Positions 33,003-44,058 of a DNA stretch of 64,000 nucleotides are shown here, in pieces (the first letter of the stretch is position 1; each line of letters opens with the position of its first letter). The stretch is from Eledone cirrhosa (taxonomy: Eukaryota), in the NCBI GenBank assembly GCA_964016885.1, contig OZ024746.1, positions 76,322,001 through 76,386,000 on the forward strand. Direction: 5' to 3'. The notes under the pieces are model-generated. The model was not told the origin of the DNA and ran no database searches. It saw only the letters and a program-made list of their open reading frames with translations. The translations under genes were made by a program, and so were the position numbers.

Positions 33003-35768
33003 TTGTTGTCCTTAAATGCTCGCAGTTTATGCAACAAGATACATCTGTTCGAATCCTATGTCAGAAGCATCGACCCTGACTTCATCACAGTCACGGAAAC
33101 ATGGGCACATTCCTTACTCTGTGATGGGGTTTTCACCATTACTGGGTACAACCTTTTCCGCAAGGACCACATTAACCGCCGTGGTGGTGGTGTGATGGTC
33201 TACGTTCGTTCAAACTTTTCGGTAATTCCTTGCGTTGATTTGAACGAATCACAGGAAGAAGTTTTTTTCTGTGACATACGTATGACCATGTCAACACTTC
33301 TGCTTGGTGTTGTTTATCGCCCCCCAAACTACCATCAGGACACACAGCTTTGCGATATCCTCAGAGTTGCTGCCAAGAAAACAGCCACTTATGTGTTTAT
33401 TGCAGGTGACTTCAATCATCCTGAGATCGATTGGGAAACCTTTCGTTGGCCACAGGGTGCAAACGATTTCCTTGAACTAGTGCTGGACTCAAACTGGTCA
33501 CAAGTAGTCACCTCTCCAACAAGAGGTGACAACACTTTGGACCTGATCTTCACCACTACTCCTGAAGTGGTTATCAGTTGTACTACTGAGGAACCTCTAG
33601 GCGACTCTGATCATGCTATGATCATTGCCAATCTGGCACTTGAGGGCAGCAACAAAAACCAGAGCCATCTCCAATCTGCTTGCTTTGATTGGAAGAGGGC
33701 GGATTGGAACTTGTACTGCACTGAGCTACAGCGCCCAAACTGGCATGAGATGTATAACTCTGGAGATGTGAACTCTATACTCCAGAGCATCCTGGACTCA
33801 ATATGGATAGCGTGTGCAGCATCAGTGCCACGGAAGCGGAAAAATAACCACCCCAAAAGTTCAATCTGGGAAACTTCAGCGGTCCGACTTGCCAGGAAAG
33901 AACGTCGGAACGCTGAACGGGAATATAAACTGCATAGATTAGATGCCAACAGAAAAAAGCGGAATAAATCTTCTAACCATCTCAAGCAAGTGACAAAGAA
34001 GGCAGTGCTTGAATTTGAACAGTGCATCGCAACCAATCCTGACAGTAAGGTGTTCTGGAAATATGTTCATTCAAAGCAGAGACCTCACTCTCCAGTTGGT
34101 CCTCTTCGCAATCCCCACACAAGCCAGATCACTGACGATCCCAAGGAATGCGCAGAACTCATTGCTGAGTGCTATGCAAGTATTTTTACTGTTGAAAACC
34201 AGAATGTACCATCTTCACCATCTCTAACATCAAATTCCATAACAACTATGGAATTTACACCTGCAATGTTGCGACGTCACCTTAAGAACAAGCGCAACTA
34301 TGCCTCCCCTGGTCTTGATGGTGTGACATACCTGCTTCTCAAACGTGGCGGGGATTTCCTTTTGCGCCAGCTTTCTTTTTTCTTTCAATACTGTCTCAGC
34401 AATGGTGCTACTCCGGAGCAGTGGAAAACTGCCAGTGTCATTCCCCTGTTCAAAAAGGGCAACCGCATGTCACCTGTCAACTATCGTCCAGTCAGTCTTA
34501 CTAGCTGTATGGCCAAACTGATGGAATCCTGTGTCAGAGAAACACTTTGGAACTTCTGGAGCTCTCACAGCCTCATCCGGCCCTCACAGTTTGGATTTAT
34601 CCCTAACTCCAGCTGCTGTGATCAGCTTATCGAGTTCCTTGAGGACATCACCCGGATCACTGACAGCGGCTCATGGGTGGATGTTGTTTACCTTGACTTT
34701 GCTAAGGCTTTTAATTCTGTGCCACACAAAAGACTTTTGGCAAAACTCTCTGCAATGGGTGTGAGGGATGATCTTTTCGACTGGCTGAAATCCTTCATTC
34801 TCAGCCGAAAGGAAGTAGTCACAGTTCTAGGACAGCATTCTTCACCATATGAGATGTCATCTGGTGTACCACAGGGATCTGTTCTTGGTCCTCTTTTGTT
34901 TGTGGCATATATTAATGACATAGATGCCAACTTACAGAATGCCACGGTACTAAAATATGCAGATGACATCAAGCTGTACCTTGAAATCAAAAGGACTGAT
35001 CCTGAAATTTACAACTCTTTCCTACAATCAGACCTGGACACAATGCAGCAATGGATCACAGACTGGCAACTGAAGCTGGCTGTGGACAAGTGTACCACCA
35101 TGCATTTTGGAAGGAAAAATCCAGCGTCCACATACTCCCTCCACAACACTGACATCAAAAAGTCCTCTTGTGAACGTGACCTGGGCATTACTGTCAGCAA
35201 CGATTTGCATTGGACAAAGCATGTCTCTAAGATTGTCAAGAAGGCCGAGGGTGTCTTGGCATCACTCAGCAAGACCTTTGTTAGCCGCTCTCCAGCCATC
35301 TATTTAAAACTGTATACAGCTATGGAGCGACCACACTTGGAATTCGCATCATCAGTCTGGAACCTCTATCTTGCTCGGAACATTGACCTCCTGGAAACTG
35401 TTCAGAGACGTGCAACCAAGCGCATACCCTCCATCAGACACCTACCATACTCTGAACGCCTTGCTTCCCTGGGCATGGATTCATTGAAGCTCCGACGTCT
35501 GGCAATGGACTTGGTGAATACCCACATAGTTTTTAACCATCTCGCCAACTGCAACCCTGAGCGCCTCTTTGATCTCCATGTGTCTAACACACGTGGACAT
35601 GCCTACAAGATAAGAAAACAGCACAGCTCCCATGACTTTCGCAGACATTTTTTCACGCTCAGAGTTGCTGAAGCATGGAACAAACTGCCTGCGTCAATTG
35701 TTAGCTGCCGAGACACTGCATCCTTTAAGACACTCATGCTTCCCGAAATACGCCAAAACTACACCTGA
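33003..35768 (+). CDS. LINE ORF2: APE endonuclease plus reverse transcriptase, open, 921 aa (the listed start is TTG)
   Basis: Same endonuclease and RT motifs as copy 1; retains FRKDH. Confidence 0.94.
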   Translation: MLSLNARSLCNKIHLFESYVRSIDPDFITVTETWAHSLLCDGVFTITGYNLFRKDHINRRGGGVMVYVRSNFSVIPCVDLNESQEEVFFCDIRMTMSTLLLGVVYRPPNYHQDTQLCDILRVAAKKTATYVFIAGDFNHPEIDWETFRWPQGANDFLELVLDSNWSQVVTSPTRGDNTLDLIFTTTPEVVISCTTEEPLGDSDHAMIIANLALEGSNKNQSHLQSACFDWKRADWNLYCTELQRPNWHEMYNSGDVNSILQSILDSIWIACAASVPRKRKNNHPKSSIWETSAVRLARKERRNAEREYKLHRLDANRKKRNKSSNHLKQVTKKAVLEFEQCIATNPDSKVFWKYVHSKQRPHSPVGPLRNPHTSQITDDPKECAELIAECYASIFTVENQNVPSSPSLTSNSITTMEFTPAMLRRHLKNKRNYASPGLDGVTYLLLKRGGDFLLRQLSFFFQYCLSNGATPEQWKTASVIPLFKKGNRMSPVNYRPVSLTSCMAKLMESCVRETLWNFWSSHSLIRPSQFGFIPNSSCCDQLIEFLEDITRITDSGSWVDVVYLDFAKAFNSVPHKRLLAKLSAMGVRDDLFDWLKSFILSRKEVVTVLGQHSSPYEMSSGVPQGSVLGPLLFVAYINDIDANLQNATVLKYADDIKLYLEIKRTDPEIYNSFLQSDLDTMQQWITDWQLKLAVDKCTTMHFGRKNPASTYSLHNTDIKKSSCERDLGITVSNDLHWTKHVSKIVKKAEGVLASLSKTFVSRSPAIYLKLYTAMERPHLEFASSVWNLYLARNIDLLETVQRRATKRIPSIRHLPYSERLASLGMDSLKLRRLAMDLVNTHIVFNHLANCNPERLFDLHVSNTRGHAYKIRKQHSSHDFRRHFFTLRVAEAWNKLPASIVSCRDTASFKTLMLPEIRQNYT

Positions 35769-36041
35769 TGTACCCCTTCCATACACATGCACACATGTGT
35801 GTATCATGACTCGTGCACTGTTCATTTTACTGATGTTTGTGCATTGCCCTATGTACTGTACATGCACTTTTTTGATGAGTTGTGGTGCACCTGGGCACTG
35901 TACACAATATTTCATTATTGTTATTGTTATTATATCATGACTCATACACTGTTCATTTTCCTGACATTTGTACATTATTCTATGTACTATACATGCACTT
36001 TTGATGAGTTGTAGTGCACCTGAGCACTGTACACAATAATT

Positions 36042-36072
<31 letters not shown>

Positions 36073-36073
36073 T

Positions 36074-36110
<37 letters not shown>

Positions 36111-36129
36111 ATATATTCTTTTTTCTGTG

Positions 36130-36797
36130 AGAAGTAATGATGTTAAGAAGACAAAAGTATTCATGCGCATGCATGATTTTTGGCCAGCTCACGGGATGTC
36201 ATTGTCAGCCAGCATGTGTAATGCTATATTACTTGTATTTTCATGTTGCCTAATACTTCCAACAGGGATCCTAGAATTCTGAATACTGTGATAACTGGAA
36301 ATGAGATGAGGGTATATGGCTACAGCCAGGAAACCAAAGCTTAGTCATCAAGGTAGAAGCATCCAATGCCACCAATGGCTCAAAAATGCATTGTGCATCA
36401 TGAATACACACCAGAAAAATAAAAGGACTCAATCAACAAGATCTCACACCTCATTCGCTTACCAAGTGGAGTGGAGCTCATCAAATCAAACCAGGGAAAC
36501 AATGTTTCCATTGCTGATACTATCTACCAGTCACAACTTCTGGCAGATATGCACCAAAACAACAGACTGAATGGCTCATGCTATGAAAATGAAGAGGACA
36601 GCATATGGATTACGATAGTGGAGCTAAGAGCCATTTCAGAAGAATGATGAGCTCTGAACAGTTGAGGGATTGCTAGGCCAAGTGTGTAGATATACAAGGG
36701 TACTTAGATTGAATGGGGATTACTGATTGAATCGCAGCAAATACATAATTTATTTTCCACTTTAAAGTCAGATACTTTTTCAGCAAACACCCAATAT
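36130..36797 (+). mobile_element. Degenerate mariner transposon remnant
   Basis: DPRILNTVITGNEMRVYGYSQETKA*SSR*KHP resembles the mariner motif VITGDE(S/T)WVYGYDPETKxQSSQWK; decayed C-terminus KCVDIQGY and TIR-like AAAGTCAGATACTTTTT. Confidence 0.7.
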
Positions 36798-37172
36798 ATG
36801 TGTGTATGTATGCACACGTGTGAGTGTGTGTATGTATGCACACGTGTGAGTGTGTGTATGTATGCACACGTGTGAGTGTGTGTATGTATGCACACGTGTG
36901 AGTGTGTGTATGTATGCACACGTGTGAGTGTGTGTATGTATGCACACGTGTCAGTGTGTGTATGTATGCACACGTGTGAGTGTGTGTATGTATGCACACG
37001 TGTGAGTGTGTGTATGTATGCACACGTGTGAGTGTGTGTATGTATGCACACGTGTGAGTGTGTGTATGTATGCACACGTGTGAGTGTGTGTATGTATGCA
37101 CACGTGTGAGTGTGTGTATGTATGCACACGTGTGAGTGTGTGTATGTATGCACACGTGTGAGTGTGTGTATG
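36798..37172. repeat. 26-bp minisatellite, about 14 near-perfect units (GTGTGTATGTATGCACACGTGTGAGT)
   Basis: Seen directly; one variant unit at about 36951. Confidence 0.95.
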
Positions 37173-37356
37173 AATTTATGTAGTGACTAACAGTCATCAC
37201 AAATCAACCCATGAAAGCTTGTCATGTTCTTTCATTCAATATTCTATTGAATTATGCAAAACAACTTCTTGTTTATACATTTTTTAAAAAACTTTTCATA
37301 CCAAACAATTTTGTCAGCATATAATTCCATGACAGCATGGAAAGGTGAACATTAAA

Positions 37357-37760
37357 TAGTGATGATGGTGGTGGTGATTGTGGTGATAGTGATGGTGATA
37401 GTGATGGTGGTGGCGATAGTGGTGGTGGTAGTTGTGGTGGTGGTGGTGGTGGTGGTGGTGGAGGTAATGAGCATCATGGTGATGGTGACAGTGATAGTGA
37501 TGGTGATGGCGATAATGGTGGTGGTAGTTGTGGTGGTGATGGTGGTGGAGGTAATGAGCATCATGATGATGGTGATAGTGGTGATGGTGACAGTGATAGT
37601 GGTGGTGGCAGTTGTGGTGGTGGTGGAGGTAATGATCATCATGGTGATGGTGACAGTGATAGTGGTGGTGGAGGTAATGAGCATCATAGTGGTGGTGGTG
37701 GTGGTGGAGATGGTGATAGTGATAGTGGTGGTGGGGGTGAGCATCATGGTAATGATAATA
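37357..37760. repeat. (GTG/GAT/ATG)n triplet low-complexity repeat
   Basis: Seen directly. Confidence 0.95.
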
Positions 37761-38299
37761 TTTAGTGGAATAAAAATGAAATAAATCCGAGAGAATTCTG
37801 GTGTTTATATTTTAGAGAAAAACACTCCCTCTTTATCTTTTTCTTACTTTCGCCCACACAATTTCACACATGCACACACACACACACACACACTGCATCA
37901 GCCATTCAACCATGAGGTGGAATAACTAATGTACTAGGTATTGGTAGCTGTTCTCCATCACAGTGCTTTCACCATGTCCAGTCAAGGCTGTAGAGTTTGT
38001 CCCCTCCCCATTTCTCCCCCTTTTTTCATTCTTTATTCTTTTTCTCTTTCCTTTTGTCATTGCCAAACTATTTTGTAACATTAGTCATCCTTTCTAATAT
38101 ATATATCATCATCATCATCACTTTATGTCATTTTCCCTGCTTGCAAGGGTGGGACGGGAACTGACTCTGGCTTGATTTCTACAGCTGGATGCCCTTCCTA
38201 AACACCAACCTCATTTACAGTGAGTGCTGGGTGCTTTTTTGCCGTGGCACCTCCACGACCACTTTGCAGTGGAATGATATGGACCCCAGTTCCTATCAT

Positions 38300-38442
38300 C
38301 TCATTTCTACAGCTGAGTAAACTGGAGCAATGTGAAATAAAGTGTCTTGCTCAAGGAAACAACATACCACCCGGTCTGAGGAGAATTGAACCCACAACCT
38401 TTCGATTGCAAGGCCAATGCTCTAACCACTAAGCCATGTGCC
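38300..38442 (-). mobile_element. tRNA-derived SINE head (family C); a copy lies at 14045-14190
   Basis: Reverse strand reads GGCACATGGCTTAGTGGTTAGAGCATTGG..GGGTTCAATTC..TCCTTGAGCAAGACACTTTATTTCAC. Confidence 0.8.
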
Positions 38443-38485
38443 TCTATATATATATACATATGTATATGCATATGTACATACACAT

Positions 38486-38543
<58 letters not shown>

Positions 38544-38545
<2 letters not shown>

Positions 38546-38918
38546 AATGGTAGCTAAGATGCTTCCATAGTATAAGGTGGTATACCGGTTGAGCACTCTA
38601 TGCTCCTACGGAGCAGAGTATGATATAATGGAAAATGAAAAATCAGTGATGTATCGGAACTCAATTTATTGCGTATTACAATTGTTTCCTCGGTGAACAG
38701 CTCGAGGTGCAATCTTGTGTGGAATGACCTGACTCTGGATTCACAGGTTCCTCAGACACATCTACTGATTTCAGAGCAGATCCTCTTTTCAATACTTAGG
38801 GTAATATAAAAATGTTTAACCCTGACGGCAGGGCTCAAGCCATTTCGACGGCTATTTCTGTCCAGAAATAGCCGTCGAAACGGCTTGAGCCCTGCCGTCG
38901 GGGTTAAACATTTTCACA
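38544..38918 (-). mobile_element. Penelope/retrozyme-like remnant in (TA)n: degenerate hammerhead motif plus a 106-bp hairpin
   Basis: Minus strand TGTGT-CTGAGGA..GAAAC-AATT-GTA-ATACG (38672-38760); palindrome at 38809-38914; tail similar to 26528-26587. Confidence 0.6.
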
Positions 38919-39446
38919 TATATATATATATATACATCGTTTCATGATGATGATGATGATAATAAAAAGAAAAAGAAAGAAAGAGTTTCCCTGCTTGTTT
39001 CTTGAACTGCTAAATTCCAATTGAAGGATACACTCCAGCACTCTGGAGTGAAGCTTTTAGGATGCATATGAATAATATATGTGGCTAAGTGGTTAGAATG
39101 TTCCACTCACAAACATAAGATCATGAGTTTTATCTCTAGTGGCATGTTTTATCTTTGAGCAAGGAACTCTATTTTTCATGTTGTTCCAATCCACTCACCT
39201 AGAAAATATTAGTTTTACCTTTAATTCAGAGGGCCAGCTTTGTCACACATAGTGCCATGCTGAATCTCCCAGAGAATTAAGTTATGGGTATATGTGTTTG
39301 TGGAATACACCACCACTTGCACATTTATTTCACAAGCAAACTGTTTAATTGATCAAGCAACTGGAATACTTGTCATTGGAACCAATTGGTGTCTAATACT
39401 AACACTTTCTTATCTGCAAAATACAGAGTAAGCAATGTAAAATTAA

Positions 39447-39668
39447 CCGTTTAGCTTTTAAACCAGCCGTATCCAGTCAGAATTCTCTCACCTTTTTCTT
39501 TTCAAATTGGCTGTAACTGGCCACTCATACTAATGTTAAGGTATTGTTCTCAAAATAAATAACATCACAATCTCATAAGATTCCATATTATGTGAGATAA
39601 TTATGTGAGATAAAGCCTTTACTGTGAAAATATAATAGTAAATATAGAGTAATGTAAGTTCTAAAGGG
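39447..39668. mobile_element. piggyBac-like MITE with TTAA target duplication; inverted relative at about 278-483
   Basis: TTAA|CCGTTTAG..CTAAAGGG|TTAA; the body is the reverse complement of 290-480. Confidence 0.75.
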
Positions 39669-40093
39669 TTAAATAAAATCCATTTTTAAGTAGCAGAAAC
39701 GTTACTGGCAGTTTTCTTTACAACAAATTTCAATGGTGCCAATAGCATGGGTCGCCCACTATTCTGGATTCGGTTATTTCAAAAGTCTACTGTAGTTGTT
39801 GATTAGATTAGATTGCTCAGAGGCTAAAATTGTTGTCACTGTAATTGAATTTTATGAAACATTTATGGAAACAGTCAGTCACTGTGACAATCTATTATCA
39901 TCATAAATTTGATTAAGATTTAGATTCAAATACTAAACAATAAACAGCATATACAAATCTCTTTTATGTATGTATTATGGTAAGAATTGCTGACATTACC
40001 TAAAACTGGGTTTCTAAGTGTGTCTAGAATTATTTTAGAGTTGTACTTCTATAGTAAGTAACTTGATCTGAGATCGTGTGTCGAAACTAAAGC

Positions 40094-40315
40094 AATGACA
40101 TCACGGAAGTGTAATTTTAGCCCTTCAAAAACACACAAAAATTGTTAACTTTACTTTCAATATATATTTCTTAGTGTTAAAATGTTCATCAGTGGTCAGG
40201 TCACAAACAGTGCAATGACAATTTTGACACCAAGAAATACATGATGAATGTAAAGTGAAATTAACGATCTTTGTGGGTTTTCTGAATAACTAAAATGATT
40301 CTTCCATGTTGTAAT
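40094..40315. mobile_element. Imperfect hairpin/MITE with about 95-bp inverted arms
   Basis: CACAAAAATTGTTAACTTTACTTT..TATTTCTTAGTGTTAAAAT pairs with ATTTTGACACCAAGAAATA..AAAGTGAAATTAACGATCTTTGTG. Confidence 0.65.
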
Positions 40316-41119
40316 TATATAGAATGATTTTAATCTTTTAAAAAGGAATGAATTGTTTTACAACGAGTTCTTTTAATTGTAGTCAAGCAAATAATGTTTA
40401 TATTTGGAATGGTTTCCAACATAAACCTAGCTTGAAGATCAAGGTGACATTCAAAATTCTCCTCGGACTACCTAATATAGTGCTCTGAGATATAGAAAAC
40501 AAGCTTAACTCTTTCATTATCATATTTTAATGAAAGCCATCGCCAGATAAATTCATGTTTACTGACTACATACTAAATATTTCTCCTCAGCCACTGACAA
40601 ATTGAAAATTTTATGAACATAAAGCAATGGAATCTAGATGTATTATTGGGATCCCATTATTTGACTGGTAGAATAAAAGGCAAAAGGAAACTCAGTGAGT
40701 TTTGAACTCATAACAGAAAGAGCTGTAACTAAGTACCAATAGATATTTTATCCAACATGCCAATGGTTCTACTGATCCACTGCCAAAAAATTCAAACATT
40801 GATCTCTTTTTATGAAAGATTTCCATATGTTTCTGGTTAAAGAATTCCCAGGTGTTTGTTTAGAAACAGAACTGAAGCTTCTGTACACCAAACAATAACT
40901 AACAAAGAATTTTAGAGACATGAATAAGTAATCAATAACATGAAAATATATTCATTATATAAAAAGTGGGATGTTTCTATGTATGTGCATATAAATGGGT
41001 ATGTAGGTGTGTATGTATGAGTAGAGATATGTATATACACATGTTTGAAATATGTATAAATTTTGTATGTATGTTTATATGTGTATAGTTGTGTATGCAC
41101 ATGTATATAGATATGTATG

Positions 41120-41154
<35 letters not shown>

Positions 41155-41499
41155 ATAGATGCACATGTGTATGTCTATATGCATGTATACATAAGTGTAT
41201 GTATGTATGATAGGTGTGTATGTACGTGTATATAGATGTATATATATACATGTGAATCAGTGTACATGTGTATATGTGTGTATATACGTGTTTATTCAGA
41301 TGTGTGTGAGTGTATTGCATTCATGGATGTATACATATGATTAGTGGTTTGTTTTCTATCTTCTTGGTGGAACCTAACCCTTATGTACTGTTATCCACAT
41401 CTATGGTGAATGTTGAAAACTGTAATACCACAGTTATTATGAAGCCAAGTTAATGTTCTAGATATATATACTTCTCAAATATATATATACATACATACA

Positions 41500-41567
<68 letters not shown>

Positions 41568-42771
41568 TGTATGCATGTGTGTCAGTTCAGGCACGTAATT
41601 ATAGAAGAGACATTCCAATGTTTATTCAGTGAAAAGATTGATGTAATTCAAGAACATAGCCAAAGGTAAAATTTTATTTTACTTTAGATAGTTCTTCAGT
41701 TTTATTTTATTATTTTCTTTAGCCATCATGGGCATGGGTATGCTAAAGTACTGACCATACACACACACATGTATGTATGCATGCATGCATGCATATGCAT
41801 ATATATATATATGTGTATTTCTCTCTTTCCCTCTCTTTCTATATATATGTGTGTATATATGTACATGTATATATGTGATTAAATATATATATATATATAT
41901 ATATATTAAAGAGTTAAACAAGATTCAATGAGTATATCAAAGAATGAGTTTTACAGTAGATTGGAAGCACTCAACGGGTAAAATATTTTTCCAGAGTTAT
42001 TAATATTAAAATACAAATATTAATAAAATAGATGTTCTTTTGATCAATTACATTTTATTATACATATTTCAGATGTACAACAGTACGTCCTTATCAGACA
42101 AAATATAATGATACATGACATACCCTGAGATGTTAAATATATATATGAAAAAAAATGCAATATCCTCTGTAGTTGAAATTTCTTTATATTCTTTTTTGAA
42201 TTGACATTTCATAAACAAAAACGTAAGTTGGGATGGGGAAGTAATGGTTTCTAATTTAAGCACGTTCAGTATTTTGGAGGAAGCAGAAAGTCAATTATAC
42301 CACCCGCAATACTTGACTGATATTTTATTTTAAAAATCAGCCCCTTGAAGGATGAAAGGCAAAGTTGATTTTAGCAGGATTTGGAACCAAAATGTTGAGG
42401 GCAGTAAAGAATTATTGTAATGCCTTTCATCTGACACACCATTCTAATAATCATAATAATAATGATTTCTACTATAGGCAGCAATTTGGGGAGTGGGAAA
42501 AGTGGATAAGTCGACCCTAGTGCATTACTAGTGCTTTATTTTAACTCAGATCGTAAAGGGGCGTAACTCTATGCTGCAAAGCATGGTGCCCGACGCTCTA
42601 CCGATACTGCCAGTCCAATGCCCTTCTCTCTTTAATAATAATAATGGTAATAATGGCAAGTGTCTTCTACTATGGCTCTGGGTAGACCAATATCCTGTGA
42701 GTAAAATTTGGTAGGCAGAAATTATGTAGAAGCCCATTGTTTGTATGTGTATATATATATAATTGTTTCTA

Positions 42772-42942
42772 CGTTAGGCACAAGGCCAGCAATTACCAGT
42801 GCATTACTGGTACTTTATTTTATCGACCCCGTAAGGATGAAAGGCAAAGTTAACCTCGGCGGGATTTGAACTCAGATCATAAAGGGACGTAACTATGCTG
42901 GAAAGCATGGCGTCCGACCCTCTACCGTTACTGCCAATCCAC
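42772..42942 (-). mobile_element. tRNA-derived SINE (family A)
   Basis: Near-identical to 21259-21443. Confidence 0.88.
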
Positions 42943-42962
42943 ATAATCATCAGCAAACACAT

Positions 42963-43045
<83 letters not shown>

Positions 43046-44023
43046 TTCAAAATATTAACAAAATAGATATTCTTGTGATCAATTATATTTTATTATACAT
43101 ATTTCAGAGGTACTGAGTTAAGTTCAACAGTAGGTCCTTATCAGATAAAATAAGATGATGCATGACATACCCTGACATAGTAGATGGTTAAGATTCAGTT
43201 ATGGTAGTGATTAACTTATGACAAAATTCAATATTTATACCCTAATATTGAGAACATGAGATAACATAATACAAACAATAGAGAGGGTGCATGTAATAGA
43301 GCTTAAGAAATACATGGCATCAATATAACAGTTATTAAATTTTTTTATTTTTAAAAACTACTGGAGAAAGAGGAGGGAAAGGAAAGCATAGAGGAAGAAA
43401 CAGCTGATGTGATAATATATTTAGTAGGTGGCTCGAAAAAACAAATGGAAGATGATTAAAGAGAGAGAGACAAAGGGGAGTAATTTATGTTCAAGTTTAT
43501 ATACTTCCATATATGCAACACATGTCCAAATTAATATAGTTGGCAGTTAATTTTCTAAATATTTAATTTATGTTATTTCAGAGTAATAAATAATATTTTA
43601 GGTTTTAAAAGTTAATAGGTATTTGTATTAATATTATAATTATGTTTAATTTCTAAAATTCAAATTTTATGAAAACAAGTTTAAAGGATTTATGAAACAC
43701 GAGAAAGAAAATATATATATATAATGCTTTTATATCTTCACAAAGGTAATCTATACCAAAATTATTTATAATATTGACAACAATATATTTATATATATAT
43801 ATACTAGACCACCTGTGACCCATTTAATCACACATTCACTTAAAAATAATTTTTCAATAATTAAAATATACAGACATACAATGAAAATGGAAGGCCCATA
43901 TATATATATATATACGCGTATATATGTATATATATAAATGTGTGTATGTGTATACATATATATATGTATGTGTGTGTATATATATATATGTGGGTGTCTA
44001 TGATCTATATACACTGGTCATAG

Positions 44024-44058
<35 letters not shown>

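Larger units (their letters stand above)
32190..36065 (+). mobile_element. 5'-truncated second copy of the CR1-group LINE, inserted in (TA)n
   Basis: Near-identical to 6748-10600 on the minus strand; starts within the ORF1 H/Q repeat; ends in (ATT)n followed by (TA)n. Confidence 0.94.

Noticed and set aside
36673-37784. HTHTC-repeat and poly-T/V ORFs; CRISPR-like regularity
   Set aside because: Pure tandem repeats with no unique spacers and no cas genes; eukaryotic context.
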